Part shown: piece by piece, positions 29,155 to 39,524 of the stretch | Numbering within the stretch: position 1 is the stretch's first letter | How the letters are laid out: each line of letters starts with the position of its first letter | Origin: an uncultured delta proteobacterium | GTDB lineage: Bacteria; Desulfobacterota; Desulfuromonadia; Geobacterales; DSM-12255 | NCBI GenBank assembly: GCA_963787125.1 | Contig: CAWBBV010000001.1 | Location: 64,001-128,000, forward strand | Direction: 5' to 3' | DNA length: 64,000 bases | Notes under the pieces: model-generated | Database searches by the model: none | Told to the model about the DNA's origin: nothing | Seen by the model: the letters and a program-made list of their open reading frames with translations, nothing else | Translations under genes and position numbers: made by a program

Positions 29155-31224
29155 CTACATATATCTGGCCAAAAGCGGTACCAGCATCAGCGAAACGATA
29201 TTAATGATCTTGATCATCGGGTTGATAGCCGGTCCGGCAGTATCTTTGTACGGATCACCGACTGTATCGCCGGTAACTGCTGCCTTATGGGCTTCGCCAC
29301 CTTTGCCGCCATGATGACCATCTTCGATATACTTCTTGGCATTATCCCAGGCGCCGCCACCAGTGGTCATGGAGATGGCAACGAAGATGCCGGTGACGAT
29401 TGTGCCGACGATTACCCCGCCCAGCGCCTTGGGGCCGAGGGTGAAGCCGATAACAACCGGTGCGAGAATCGGGATCAGGCCTGGAATGACCATCTCTTTC
29501 AGTGCGGTCTTGGTAACGATATCAACACAGGCAGCATAATCCGGCTTGCCGGTGCCTTCCATGATCCCTTTGATTTCACGGAACTGGCGACGGACTTCAA
29601 CAACAACTGCTCCACCGGCCTTACCGACAGCATCCATGCACTGAGCAGCAAAGTAGTAAGGGAGCATGCCGCCAAGAAAGAGGCCGACAATTATGTAGGG
29701 GTCGGAAAGGTCAAACTTGATAATCTCTTTACCGGCAAGATGCAGCGCGTGATTGAGTTCATCAACATATGAGGTGAAAAGGATGACGGCAGCAAGACCG
29801 GCGGAGCCGATGGCATACCCCTTGGTAACAGCCTTGGTGGTATTGCCGACTGCGTCGAGCGGATCTGTGACTGCGCGTACTGAGTCGTCAAGCTCCGCCA
29901 TTTCAGCAATGCCGCCGGCATTATCGGTTATCGGGCCGTAAGCGTCCATGGCGACAACGATGCCGGTGAGGGAGAGCATTGATACTGCAGCGATGGCAAT
30001 GCCGTAAACGCCGGCGCATTTGTAGGCGACAACAATCCCGGCTGCAATAACGATTACCGGCAGAGCGGTGGATTTCATGGAGATGCCCAGGCCGGCGATG
30101 ATGTTGGTACCGTGACCGGTGGTGGATGCCTGGGCAATATGTTGCACAGGGCCATACTCAGTAGCGGTGTAATACTCTGTGATCCAGAAAATGGCGCCGG
30201 TTACGACCAGGCCGACTATGGCCGAGATGAAGATGTTCATGGCGCTGAAGTTCTGTCCGGCTGCGTTGGTAAGCCCGCCAGGGAACATCTGCACTGTGAC
30301 GAAATAAAAGGCGATGCAGGCGAGGACGCCGGAAACAATCAGACCTTTATAGAGAGCCGTCATGATTTTCTTGCTGCCGCCAAGTTTAACGAAGAAAGTG
30401 CCGATGATGGAGGTTATGATGGAAATGCCGCCAAGGATAAGCGGATAGCTGACCGAAGCAGGACTGGTTGTGAAGGTGATCGCGCCAAGCAGCATCGCAG
30501 CGATCAGGGTCACGGCATAGGTTTCAAACAGGTCTGCTGCCATACCGGCGCAGTCACCGACGTTGTCGCCAACGTTGTCGGCGATAACCGCCGGGTTACG
30601 TGGATCGTCTTCGGGGATTCCGGCTTCTACCTTGCCGACCAGGTCGGCGCCGACGTCAGCACCCTTGGTGAAGATACCACCACCAAGACGGGCGAAAATG
30701 GAGATCAGTGAACCACCAAAACCAAGACCAACCAGCTGATTGACAATTTCATTTGTCGGTGCACCCGGCATCAGCTTGATCAAAACCAGGTAGTAACCGG
30801 CAACGCCTAAAAGACCGAGACCAACCACCAGCATACCGGTGATGGCGCCACCCTTGAAAGCAACATTGAGGGCTTTTTCAATGCCACCTTTGGCCGCTTC
30901 CGTAGTACGGACATTGGCTCGCACTGAGACGAACATGCCGATAAAACCGGTCAGACCGGAAAAAAGAGCCCCGACAGCGAAACCGACAGCGGTTTTGGCG
31001 CCGAGAGTGGCAAAGAGGGCTACAAACATTATTGCACCCACAACAGCGATAATAGTGTACTGACGCTTCATGTAGGCGCCAGCCCCTTCCTGAATCGCAG
31101 CGGCAATCTGGCGCATCCGGTCATTCCCCTGCGGGAGAGCCAAAATCCAGTTTGCTGATAAAAGACCGTAGACAACCGCTGCAGCAGCGCATGCCAATGC
31201 AAAATAGATGGCGTACTGTTCCAT
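29155..31224 (-). CDS. hppA: Membrane-bound H+-translocating pyrophosphatase, probably K+-independent
   Basis: [36 protein letters not shown] has Lys at the K+-dependence position. Confidence 0.96.
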   Translation of the reverse strand: MEQYAIYFALACAAAAVVYGLLSANWILALPQGNDRMRQIAAAIQEGAGAYMKRQYTIIAVVGAIMFVALFATLGAKTAVGFAVGALFSGLTGFIGMFVSVRANVRTTEAAKGGIEKALNVAFKGGAITGMLVVGLGLLGVAGYYLVLIKLMPGAPTNEIVNQLVGLGFGGSLISIFARLGGGIFTKGADVGADLVGKVEAGIPEDDPRNPAVIADNVGDNVGDCAGMAADLFETYAVTLIAAMLLGAITFTTSPASVSYPLILGGISIITSIIGTFFVKLGGSKKIMTALYKGLIVSGVLACIAFYFVTVQMFPGGLTNAAGQNFSAMNIFISAIVGLVVTGAIFWITEYYTATEYGPVQHIAQASTTGHGTNIIAGLGISMKSTALPVIVIAAGIVVAYKCAGVYGIAIAAVSMLSLTGIVVAMDAYGPITDNAGGIAEMAELDDSVRAVTDPLDAVGNTTKAVTKGYAIGSAGLAAVILFTSYVDELNHALHLAGKEIIKFDLSDPYIIVGLFLGGMLPYYFAAQCMDAVGKAGGAVVVEVRRQFREIKGIMEGTGKPDYAACVDIVTKTALKEMVIPGLIPILAPVVIGFTLGPKALGGVIVGTIVTGIFVAISMTTGGGAWDNAKKYIEDGHHGGKGGEAHKAAVTGDTVGDPYKDTAGPAINPMIKIINIVSLMLVPLLARYM

Positions 31225-31524
31225 TTCCTAATTTCCTCCTTTATTTAACGCCTTGCGAAAGCGCTTATAAGCAAAAACGGATCATAATTAAAGGAATCCG
31301 GCAACTTTGTCAATATGTATTAGCTCTTACAAAGTGTATACATTTTTTCAATCAATTAATCTTGTGTCAAAACTTATCTCTGCTATACTGTCAAGATAGA
31401 CAAAGTTGGCAGTAGCAACGTGTCAAAGCATGTGAAAACAGGTCGATTTTATTGCTTTATTCCGATTTAAACGCTTCCATTTTACTTTTATATATCTTGA
31501 CAGAATCGCCGTTTTTGCAATAAG

Positions 31525-32025
31525 GTGTCATTTATGAAAGAGTCACTGCCAAATCACAAAGATGAGTTTGTTTCGCTAAAGCTGAAGCTGATGGAAGAGC
31601 GTTGCCGGAAAAATGGCCTTTCCCTGACAATTCAGCGCCGCGCAATTCTGGAAAACCTCTCTTCCCGCAAGGATCACCCGACAGCTGATCAGATCTTTGC
31701 AGCGATACAGAACAGGGTTGCCGGGGTTTCACGCACTACCGTCTACCGGGTTCTGGAGACTTTTGTCCAGCTCGGCTTGGCCCAAAAGATCAGTAATCCT
31801 GAGGCTAAGGCGCGCTTTGACGCCGATACTACCAGACATCATCATGCTTCCTGCATAGAGTGCGAAAAAATCATTGATATTGACAGTTCCGTTTTACCCG
31901 ATATTGACCTGAGCAAGGCCGACCTGAAAGGTTTTGAAGTGTTCGACTGCTCCGTGGTTGCTGTTGGGCTCTGTAGCGACTGCAGCAGTAAAGCCGGGGT
32001 TACCCGCGCATTTAAATTCAACTGA
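31525..32025 (+). CDS. Fur family regulator, PerR-like
   Basis: [19 protein letters not shown]-x2-CxxC...CxxC; heads oxidative-stress genes (start may be ATG 31534). Confidence 0.88.
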   Translation: MSFMKESLPNHKDEFVSLKLKLMEERCRKNGLSLTIQRRAILENLSSRKDHPTADQIFAAIQNRVAGVSRTTVYRVLETFVQLGLAQKISNPEAKARFDADTTRHHHASCIECEKIIDIDSSVLPDIDLSKADLKGFEVFDCSVVAVGLCSDCSSKAGVTRAFKFN

Positions 32026-32038
32026 TAAGGGGTACAGT

Positions 32039-32146
32039 ATGAAAAAATGGAGATGTGTTGTTTGCGATTATATCCACGAAGGCGATGAGCCACCCGAGAC
32101 CTGCCCTGTTTGTGGTGTCGGTAGTGATCAATTCGAAGAAATTTAG
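32039..32146 (+). CDS. Short rubredoxin-like protein
   Basis: [15 protein letters not shown]...CPVCG, 35 aa. Confidence 0.88.
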   Translation: MKKWRCVVCDYIHEGDEPPETCPVCGVGSDQFEEI

Positions 32147-32192
32147 TCTTTTTGCGTTGAAAATCTGATTAAATTAAGAGGACTTACTTGAA

Positions 32193-33407
32193 ATGAAGGC
32201 AGTTGAGCTTACAAAAGACGTTTACTGGGTGGGAGCGCTTGACTGGGCAGTGCGTGACTTCCATGGCTACGAAACACCACGCGGCACATCGTACAATAAC
32301 TATCTGGTTCTCGATGACGAAATCACCCTGATTGATACGGTTAAATATGATTTTGCCGAAATAACCATCAAAAATATCATGGGAGTAGTTGATCCTGCCC
32401 GGATAAAAAACATCATCATAAACCACATCGAAAACGATCACGCCACAAGCCTCGACCGGATAATGGCAATTGCTCCTGACGCAACCATTTACATTTCGGA
32501 AAAGGGGCGCCGTGGACTTGAACGTTTCTTTGACCTTGGGCAGTGGAAAATCAAGGTAGTAAAAACCGGAGACACTCTTTGTACCGGCAAGAAAACCTTC
32601 CGCTTCATTGAGACGCCGATGCTTCACTGGCCTGACTCTATGGTTACTTATCTGAATGAGGACAAAATCCTCTTCACTCAGGACGCATTCGGTCAACATA
32701 TCGCTTCTTCAGGCCGCTTTGATGATGAATTTGTCGCCGAATACTCTGACGCCGATCTTGAAGATGCTGTCATTGATTACTATGCCAACATCCTGATGCC
32801 CTTTGGCCAGATGATAAAAATCAAGATTGCCGAGATTGAGAAGGCCGGACTGGATGTTCAGATTGTCGCTCCTGATCACGGCATTATCTGGCGCAAAGAC
32901 CCGGCAAAAGTTTTCAGAATGTATCTTGAAATGGCCAACAGCAAGGCTAATCTTTCCATTGCAATTATTTACGACACCATGTGGCAAAGCACGGAAAAGA
33001 TGATTGTGCCGATAAGTGAAGGGATCCGTGATGAAGGGGTCGGCGTTAAAATCATCAAGCTGCGCGCAACCCCGACCAGCGTCGCTATCAAGGAGTTCTG
33101 GAAGGCCAGGGGTGCGCTGATCGGGTCACCGACTCTCAATAATATTACGTATCCTTCCGTTGCCGAATATCTGACCCATCTGCGCGGCCTTCGTCCTAAA
33201 AACCGCCTTGTCGGCGCTTTCGGCAGCTACGGCTGGGGGGGCGGCGCCGTCAAGGAGATTTACGATGATTTCAAACGAATGGGGCTTGATACTGTAGAGC
33301 CCGGTTTACAGGTGCTCTACAGACCATCTCTTCAAGATGAGGAGACCTGTTTCCAGTTCGGTAAAGAGTTCGCGCAACAGGTAAGAGAGTACCACAAAAA
33401 ATTCTGA
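32193..33407 (+). CDS. fprA: Flavodiiron protein (A-type flavoprotein)
   Basis: HIENDH, HWPDSM, DAFGQH, flavodoxin domain with GSYGWGGG. Confidence 0.95.
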   Translation: MKAVELTKDVYWVGALDWAVRDFHGYETPRGTSYNNYLVLDDEITLIDTVKYDFAEITIKNIMGVVDPARIKNIIINHIENDHATSLDRIMAIAPDATIYISEKGRRGLERFFDLGQWKIKVVKTGDTLCTGKKTFRFIETPMLHWPDSMVTYLNEDKILFTQDAFGQHIASSGRFDDEFVAEYSDADLEDAVIDYYANILMPFGQMIKIKIAEIEKAGLDVQIVAPDHGIIWRKDPAKVFRMYLEMANSKANLSIAIIYDTMWQSTEKMIVPISEGIRDEGVGVKIIKLRATPTSVAIKEFWKARGALIGSPTLNNITYPSVAEYLTHLRGLRPKNRLVGAFGSYGWGGGAVKEIYDDFKRMGLDTVEPGLQVLYRPSLQDEETCFQFGKEFAQQVREYHKKF

Positions 33408-33428
33408 CCTTAAACAAAGGGGGAAAAA

Positions 33429-33809
33429 ATGGCAAAAGTTCTTGAAGTTTACAAATGTGGCGTTTGTGGCAACATTGTCGAAATTTTCATATGCGGCGGC
33501 GGGCCTCTGGCATGCTGCGGCAGCCCTATGCAGCTTCTTAGTGAGAACAGCGTCGATGCTTCGCAGGAGAAGCATGTGCCTGTCATCGAGAAAGGTGACG
33601 GTTGCGTGACCGTTAAGGTCGGCTCGGTAACTCACCCTATGGATGAAAACCACTATATCCAGTGGATTGAAGTGATCGACGGCGACAAGATTTCAAGAAA
33701 AATGCTGAAGCCGGGTGAAGCGCCGGAAGCAACTTTCTGCGTCAAATCTGATAAGGTTGTGGCACGAGAGTATTGCAACCTCCATGGACAATGGAAAGCC
33801 GAAGCCTAG
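33429..33809 (+). CDS. dfx: Desulfoferrodoxin (superoxide reductase)
   Basis: CGVCGN...CCG, EKHVP, HPM...HYIQWI, CNLHG. Confidence 0.96.
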   Translation: MAKVLEVYKCGVCGNIVEIFICGGGPLACCGSPMQLLSENSVDASQEKHVPVIEKGDGCVTVKVGSVTHPMDENHYIQWIEVIDGDKISRKMLKPGEAPEATFCVKSDKVVAREYCNLHGQWKAEA

Positions 33810-33840
33810 GGCATTGCCCGGATTCAATTCTGTTTACCCG

Positions 33841-33871
33841 CTGGGGGAGCTTTTTGCTCCCCCAGTTTTTT
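33841..33871 (+). terminator. Intrinsic terminator
   Basis: CTGGGGGAGC-ttttt-GCTCCCCCAG-TTTTTT. Confidence 0.85.
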
Positions 33872-33885
33872 ACATGGACGGTTAA

Positions 33886-35145
33886 ATGTTACTGAAGTAC
33901 GGCGAAACATCCTGCGACCTTACCATTGCGGACAAGAACCTGGTTGGTCTGATAAAGGCGACCCCCGTCAAAGGTCAATCTTCCCCCGAAGAGCTGATCT
34001 CTGCGGCGCTTGATGATTGTCAACAGTTCATGGCAGCTATCAGACCCGCAGCAAATGTTGTCATCGTAACCTCGGACATAACCCGCTATACCGGCAGCGA
34101 GATTTACCTGCCGCAGCTGGTGGAGCGTCTCAACTCTGTCGGAGTAACTGATGATCGGATCACAATCGTAGTTGCCCTTGGCATCCACCGCAAACAGACT
34201 AAAAACGAACATCAGCGGATAGTCGGCTCACTTTACGGCAGAATCACGGTTTTAGACCATGACTGTGATGACCCTGACCAACTACTGACCGTCGGCGTTA
34301 CCAGCGGGGGGGTTGAAGTTACCCTGAACCGGACTGTTGCCAGCGCTGACCATCTCATCCTGACAGGGACGATCGCTTTCCACTACTTTGCAGGCTTTGG
34401 TGGTGGCCGTAAAAGTATTCTCCCCGGGGTCGCAAGCCGCTCGGCCTGCATGGCAAGTCATTTCAATGTCCTGAATCAGGGCGAGGGGAGCGGCAAGAAC
34501 CGTTATGCCGTTACCGGCAATCTGGAGAACAACCCGGTGCATAAGGCAATGGTTGAAGCTTGCGCCATGGTCAAGCCTGACTTTATTCTCAATACGGTGC
34601 TCTCTCCCCGCAAAGAGATAATCGCAGTTTTTGCCGGTCACTGGCAAGCTGCCCATGAAGCAGGGTGCCGCTTTTATGCTGCGAATTTTGCCTGTCACCT
34701 CAAGGAGTTGGCAGACCTGGTGATAGTTTCCTGCGGCGGCTATCCCAAGGATATAAATGTTATTCAGGCGCACAAATCAATGGAGTATGGCAGCCAAGCC
34801 TTGAAAGATGGCGGAGTCATGATCCTTCTGGCTGAGTGCCGTGATGGTTATGGTAATGCCACTTTTCTCAACTGGTTCGACTGCAGGGACCTCCAGACGT
34901 TTGAGAAAAGACTGCGCGGCCACTATGAAATCAATGGACAGACGGCATATTCACTGTTGCAGAAGGCGCTACGCTTCCGTATCATTCTGGTCTCCACCTT
35001 ACCACCGGCAGAGGTTCGGGCAATGCAGCTGATTCCCGCAGGCACTCTCGATGAGGCGCTGCTGCTTGCCAAGCAGCTGCTGCCGGAAGATTTCCGGGCC
35101 TATATTGTTCCTGAAGGTGGCACGGTTTTACCGCTTAAAGTTTGA
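33886..35145 (+). CDS. larA: Nickel-pincer lactate racemase family protein
   Basis: DITR, ALGIHR, HYFAGFGGGRKSILPG, QAHK. Confidence 0.88.
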   Translation: MLLKYGETSCDLTIADKNLVGLIKATPVKGQSSPEELISAALDDCQQFMAAIRPAANVVIVTSDITRYTGSEIYLPQLVERLNSVGVTDDRITIVVALGIHRKQTKNEHQRIVGSLYGRITVLDHDCDDPDQLLTVGVTSGGVEVTLNRTVASADHLILTGTIAFHYFAGFGGGRKSILPGVASRSACMASHFNVLNQGEGSGKNRYAVTGNLENNPVHKAMVEACAMVKPDFILNTVLSPRKEIIAVFAGHWQAAHEAGCRFYAANFACHLKELADLVIVSCGGYPKDINVIQAHKSMEYGSQALKDGGVMILLAECRDGYGNATFLNWFDCRDLQTFEKRLRGHYEINGQTAYSLLQKALRFRIILVSTLPPAEVRAMQLIPAGTLDEALLLAKQLLPEDFRAYIVPEGGTVLPLKV

Positions 35146-35168
35146 ATTGAAAAAGGATTGAAATCGTT

Positions 35169-36551
35169 ATGATAGAAAAGCGGATTATCGAAGGGTTAAG
35201 AAAAATAGTCGGGGATGAATATATTGCAACCGATCGCCAGGATCTGATCTGCTACGGTTATGACGCTACCCAGATGGAATTTATCCCTGATGCAGTTGTG
35301 CATCCGGGCTCGCCGGAAGAGATTGCTGCTGTCCTGAAACTGGCAAATGCTGAAAACTTCCCGGTCTTTCCCCGTGGTGCAGGGAGTGGGTTTACTGGCG
35401 GCGCACTGGCAAAAGGTGGCGGTGTCGTGCTTGTTGTGACGAGGCTTGACAGGATTCTGCGGATTGACACGGAAAATCTGGTCGCCGAAGTAGAGCCGGG
35501 CGTCGTTACGGAACAGTTCCAGCTTGCAGTTGAGAAACTCGGCCTCTTTTATCCGCCTGATCCGGCTTCGCTCAAGTTTTCGACTCTGGGGGGAAATGTG
35601 GCTGAAAATGCCGGCGGACCTCGCTGTGTCAAGTACGGAGTCACCAGAGACTTTGTCATGGGGCTGGAAGTTGTGCTCCCGACAGGTGAAATCATCCGGA
35701 CCGGTGGCGAGACCTACAAGGGGGTGGTCGGCTACGACATGACCCGCCTGCTCTGCGGTTCTGAAGGGACTTTGGGGGTAATCACAAAAATCATCTTCAA
35801 ACTGTTGCCGCTGCCGGAAGCAAAAAAAACCATGCTGACGATCTTCGATTCGATAGATGGCGCTGCCAAGGCGGTCTCGTCGATTATCGGCAACAAGATC
35901 ATTCCGACCACCCTTGAATTTATGGATTACGCAACGCTTCAGTGCGTCAACAATCGTTTTAACCTGGGAATCCCGGAGAATGGCCGTGCAGTGCTTATTA
36001 TTGAAGTTGATGGTGATAAGGAGCTGATTGAGAAACAGGCGGCCAGAATTCAGGAGATAATCGCCCCGCTCGGACTGGTAGAGTGTAAGGTTGCCAAGGA
36101 TGCGGCAGAGTCTGAAGCACTCTGGAAAGTGCGCCGGCTGGTTTCTCCATCGCTGCGTGATGTGAACCCGGACAAGTTCAACGAAGATATCGTTGTGCCC
36201 CGCTCCAAGGTGCCTGAAGTGATCCGGGTGATTGAGAAAATTCAAGCGAAATACGATATCCCGATTGTCAATTTTGGGCATGCCGGAGACGGTAACATCC
36301 ATGTGAATGTGATGATCGACAAGAATGTTCCCGGCATGGAAGAGAAAGCCCATGCGGCTATCGCCGAGGTCTTTCAGGCAGCGCTGGACCTGAACGGCAC
36401 AATGTCGGGTGAGCATGGTGTCGGTCTGGCGAAACAGCCCTTTATTCATCTGGAGCTCAAACCGGCACAGGTGGCGGCAATGCAGGCGATAAAGAGCGCG
36501 CTGGACCCGAACAATATTCTTAATCCGGGCAAGATGTTTCCGGTCAGGTAA
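35169..36551 (+). CDS. glcD: FAD-linked D-lactate/glycolate dehydrogenase subunit
   Basis: PRGAGSG, YPPDPAS, GHAGDGNIH, GEHGVG, NILNPGK. Confidence 0.92.
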   Translation: MIEKRIIEGLRKIVGDEYIATDRQDLICYGYDATQMEFIPDAVVHPGSPEEIAAVLKLANAENFPVFPRGAGSGFTGGALAKGGGVVLVVTRLDRILRIDTENLVAEVEPGVVTEQFQLAVEKLGLFYPPDPASLKFSTLGGNVAENAGGPRCVKYGVTRDFVMGLEVVLPTGEIIRTGGETYKGVVGYDMTRLLCGSEGTLGVITKIIFKLLPLPEAKKTMLTIFDSIDGAAKAVSSIIGNKIIPTTLEFMDYATLQCVNNRFNLGIPENGRAVLIIEVDGDKELIEKQAARIQEIIAPLGLVECKVAKDAAESEALWKVRRLVSPSLRDVNPDKFNEDIVVPRSKVPEVIRVIEKIQAKYDIPIVNFGHAGDGNIHVNVMIDKNVPGMEEKAHAAIAEVFQAALDLNGTMSGEHGVGLAKQPFIHLELKPAQVAAMQAIKSALDPNNILNPGKMFPVR

Positions 36552-36562
36552 AAAGGTGGCAC

Positions 36563-37828
36563 ATGGATCCATTGCAGCGAGTTGAACAGGAACTGAAGAA
36601 ATGTGTCAAGTGCGGCGCCTGCCGGGCTAACTGCCCGGCATTTGCTGCCTTCGGCAAGGAGCCGGCTGTTGCCAGGGGCAAACTGGCTTTATGTCAGCAT
36701 CTCTTGAAAGGCGATATCGAGCTGGATGATGCGACTTACGCGGCAATGTCAAAGTGCCTGCTCTGCGGCAACTGTGTTGATAAATGCCCGAACAGCGTGC
36801 CGACAGATGAAATCGTCATGGTCGCCCGGGAGGCACTTGCCAAAAAACGCGGGCTGACAACTTTTCACACCGCGGTCGGACAGGTGATTCAGAATCGTAC
36901 CATGATGAAGTTTGGTGCTGCTGCCGGAAGAATACTCGGCCCGCTCTTTTTCAAGAAAGTTCCCGAAACATCTGGACTGCGCCTCCGCTTTCCATTGCCT
37001 TTTCTTGGTAACAAGCGCCATATCCCGAATCTTGCAAAAACACCTTTTCTGGAGCGTCATCCTGAAGTCATCCAGGGCGAACCCGGCAAACCCCGTATTG
37101 TCTTCTTTGTCGGCTGTATGACTAATTTTTGTTATCCGCAGATCGGCGAAGCGGCGCTGGCGCTCTTCAGACATTTGGGCTGTACGGTTATCATCCCGAA
37201 GGGGCAGCAGTGCTGCGGTCTTCCCGGGATGTCAGGCGGCGATCTTGATACTGTCCGTTCACTTGCAGAGAAAAACCTGCTCGAACTGGAGCGGTATGAG
37301 GCTGACTATATCATGAGCGCCTGCGCTACCTGCGGCGGCGCTCTGCACAAGTTCTATCCGAATCTGATCGGCAAACGTCATCCGGAACTTGCCGCCAGAT
37401 TGAAGGCGATTGCTGACAAGACGGTTGACGCTTCCCAGCTGCTTCACAACCTGGGGTTGAAACCTGAAGAGACCGGCACGGGGCGGGCTGTCAAGATAAC
37501 CTATCACGATCCGTGTCATCTGAAGACACGAGGGATCATCAAGCAGCCGCGCGACCTGCTGCTGGCAACGCCAGGGGTTGAACTTGCCGAAATGGAAGGA
37601 GCTGACAAGTGTTGTGGCCTTGGCGGCACCTTCAATGTTTATCACTATGAGGCATCCATGAAAATAAATGCCGGCAAAAGCTCCGCCATTATCAAAACCG
37701 GCGCAGAAGCTGTTGCCACTGGCTGTCCCGGCTGCATGATGCAACTTTCTGACGGGCTTAAGCAGGCAGGGAGTGCCGTCAAGGTGATCCATACCCTTGA
37801 AGTACTGGCCAGAAGGCTTCGCAAATAA
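36563..37828 (+). CDS. glcF: Fe-S subunit of D-lactate/glycolate dehydrogenase
   Basis: Two CxxCxxCxxxCP motifs and two CCG domains. Confidence 0.9.
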   Translation: MDPLQRVEQELKKCVKCGACRANCPAFAAFGKEPAVARGKLALCQHLLKGDIELDDATYAAMSKCLLCGNCVDKCPNSVPTDEIVMVAREALAKKRGLTTFHTAVGQVIQNRTMMKFGAAAGRILGPLFFKKVPETSGLRLRFPLPFLGNKRHIPNLAKTPFLERHPEVIQGEPGKPRIVFFVGCMTNFCYPQIGEAALALFRHLGCTVIIPKGQQCCGLPGMSGGDLDTVRSLAEKNLLELERYEADYIMSACATCGGALHKFYPNLIGKRHPELAARLKAIADKTVDASQLLHNLGLKPEETGTGRAVKITYHDPCHLKTRGIIKQPRDLLLATPGVELAEMEGADKCCGLGGTFNVYHYEASMKINAGKSSAIIKTGAEAVATGCPGCMMQLSDGLKQAGSAVKVIHTLEVLARRLRK

Positions 37829-38143
37829 AAACAATCTCCATATAATCACGAATAATCAAGGGGAAGGCTGCCATTTCAGAGCGAAATGGAGAAAGGCCGG
37901 CTAAGTCAACCTTTGGACTATACGCCTGGAAAAATATTTTAAACAGACTGTTTTTTTAAAAATTGAGTGTTATGCTTTAACCAGAAGCAAGGCAGTAAAA
38001 AATGCACAAAAGGAGGCTGTTTTCACTATGGAGGACACTCCACCACAAATGCTGTGCAGGTTTACTACATAGGAATAGCGCAATTCTCCGGAGGTTGTAA
38101 GAGCCGGGAAAGACCTTGAAAAGGGTATGGTTAAGAAGACAAT

Positions 38144-38177
38144 AAAAGAAGCCCACCGAAACATTTGGTGGGCTTTT
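38144..38177. terminator. Bidirectional intrinsic terminator
   Basis: AAAAGAAGCCCACCGAA-aca-TTTGGTGGGCTTTT. Confidence 0.8.
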
Positions 38178-38228
38178 CATTATTCGCATCGTACGCTTAA
38201 AGTTATCCGGCTGCTAATCCAGGGGCAC

Positions 38229-39524
38229 TCACTTCTGCTTGACGAAATCATCCATTAACTGTTTTTTATCCCGCTGAAATTCCTCTGCGCTGATTGCGCC
38301 ACGATCAAGCTTCTTCTTCAAGACCTTCAGTTGGCCTTCCACGCCCCCGTTGTTTGAAGGAGCAGCCAGCGCCGAGGCTCCAGAACCACTCTTTTTAAGT
38401 CGGCTCGCCTCCGCTTTTATATCGATCAGATCCATTTTCAATTCGGCATTGCCGTACCAATGAGTATAGGCAGGATTCTGGTGATACGCCCCTTTGATGG
38501 TGCGGGCATAATCGAACTTTTTCATTTTGAAGAGCAGGCGTTCAATGTGAGAGGTATCTTCGTAGAGAAGCTGACTGTCCAGCACCAGCATATTGCCGCT
38601 TAAGGGGTGTGGCGGACGATCTTCAGGCATCGGGTCGAGCAGGCTCCGGTCGCCAAGATCGAGAATAATCTTCTCGGCTTCCTTGACAATCGCCAGGCTC
38701 TGTTTCTGAATGGCATCATCTCTGCCAAGCTCCCTTGCAGCAAAAGAGGGTGCATGGCACTGACTGCAGATCTTCATCATTTTGTCCCGTTCAGGCTTTG
38801 CCTTAGCCGCCGAAGCCGGGATGCCTCCTGAGCTCATGGTGATGCCGCCGGAGACATCATGGGTGCCCTCAGGCATATGGCACCGCTGGCAGGTCGGCCC
38901 GGTAGTTTCGCCCAATGAACCATGCAGCGTGCCGTGCAGTGAGGTCTGCCACATCTCCCACTGGGGGTGATCCGGCCCCATGTGGCATTTGGCGCAGACA
39001 GCCGGGTCGCGGACAATCTTCAAGTCAGTATTATGGCTGGTATGGCAGGAAGCGCAGGAGTTTTCGACACTATGGCAGTAGTTACAACCAACCTCGCCCA
39101 TTTCCGCGCTCTGCTTGAGGAACCTGGCGCACTGCACCTGGGAGAGGGGCTCGGCGCTGTTCTTGTCATGACAGAAAGCACATTCGCGCTGATTGCGGCC
39201 GGTAAGATTGCGGGTGCACCCCCAGCCTGAGTGGAGCCCCATGCCGTGCCGACTCTGGCGGTGGGTATCAAAAGCTTTCTTGTGGCAGGGGGCGCAGACT
39301 TTCATATCCACCCGTGCTTCCCCTTTCAGCATCTTTTCGTGATCGCTGCCATGGCATTTCTCGCAGCCAATGCCGGCCCGCCCATGAGCACTCGCCTCCC
39401 ATTGCCGCACTGCCGCAGGGGTCTTTTCCCGGTGACAAGGCACGCACTCTGCCGCGGAAACAGTTGCCGAAAACAGGGCAAGAATAGCACTTACAACCGT
39501 CAGGATAAGCAGTAGCCCCCTCAT
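38229..39524 (-). CDS. Multiheme cytochrome c (9 CxxCH), HAO-family-like, with SHOCT-like tail
   Basis: Signal peptide; CVPCH, CEKCH, CAPCH, CAFCH, CNYCH, CASCH, CAKCH, CQRCH, CSQCH; CHMGPDHPQWE motif. Confidence 0.9.
   Translation of the reverse strand: MRGLLLILTVVSAILALFSATVSAAECVPCHREKTPAAVRQWEASAHGRAGIGCEKCHGSDHEKMLKGEARVDMKVCAPCHKKAFDTHRQSRHGMGLHSGWGCTRNLTGRNQRECAFCHDKNSAEPLSQVQCARFLKQSAEMGEVGCNYCHSVENSCASCHTSHNTDLKIVRDPAVCAKCHMGPDHPQWEMWQTSLHGTLHGSLGETTGPTCQRCHMPEGTHDVSGGITMSSGGIPASAAKAKPERDKMMKICSQCHAPSFAARELGRDDAIQKQSLAIVKEAEKIILDLGDRSLLDPMPEDRPPHPLSGNMLVLDSQLLYEDTSHIERLLFKMKKFDYARTIKGAYHQNPAYTHWYGNAELKMDLIDIKAEASRLKKSGSGASALAAPSNNGGVEGQLKVLKKKLDRGAISAEEFQRDKKQLMDDFVKQK

Noticed and set aside
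37851..37940. Cyclic-dinucleotide (GEMM) riboswitch
   Set aside because: A hairpin CCATTTC/GAAATGG exists, but the conserved GNRA loop and receptor pattern are not recognisable and no gene follows in the sense direction
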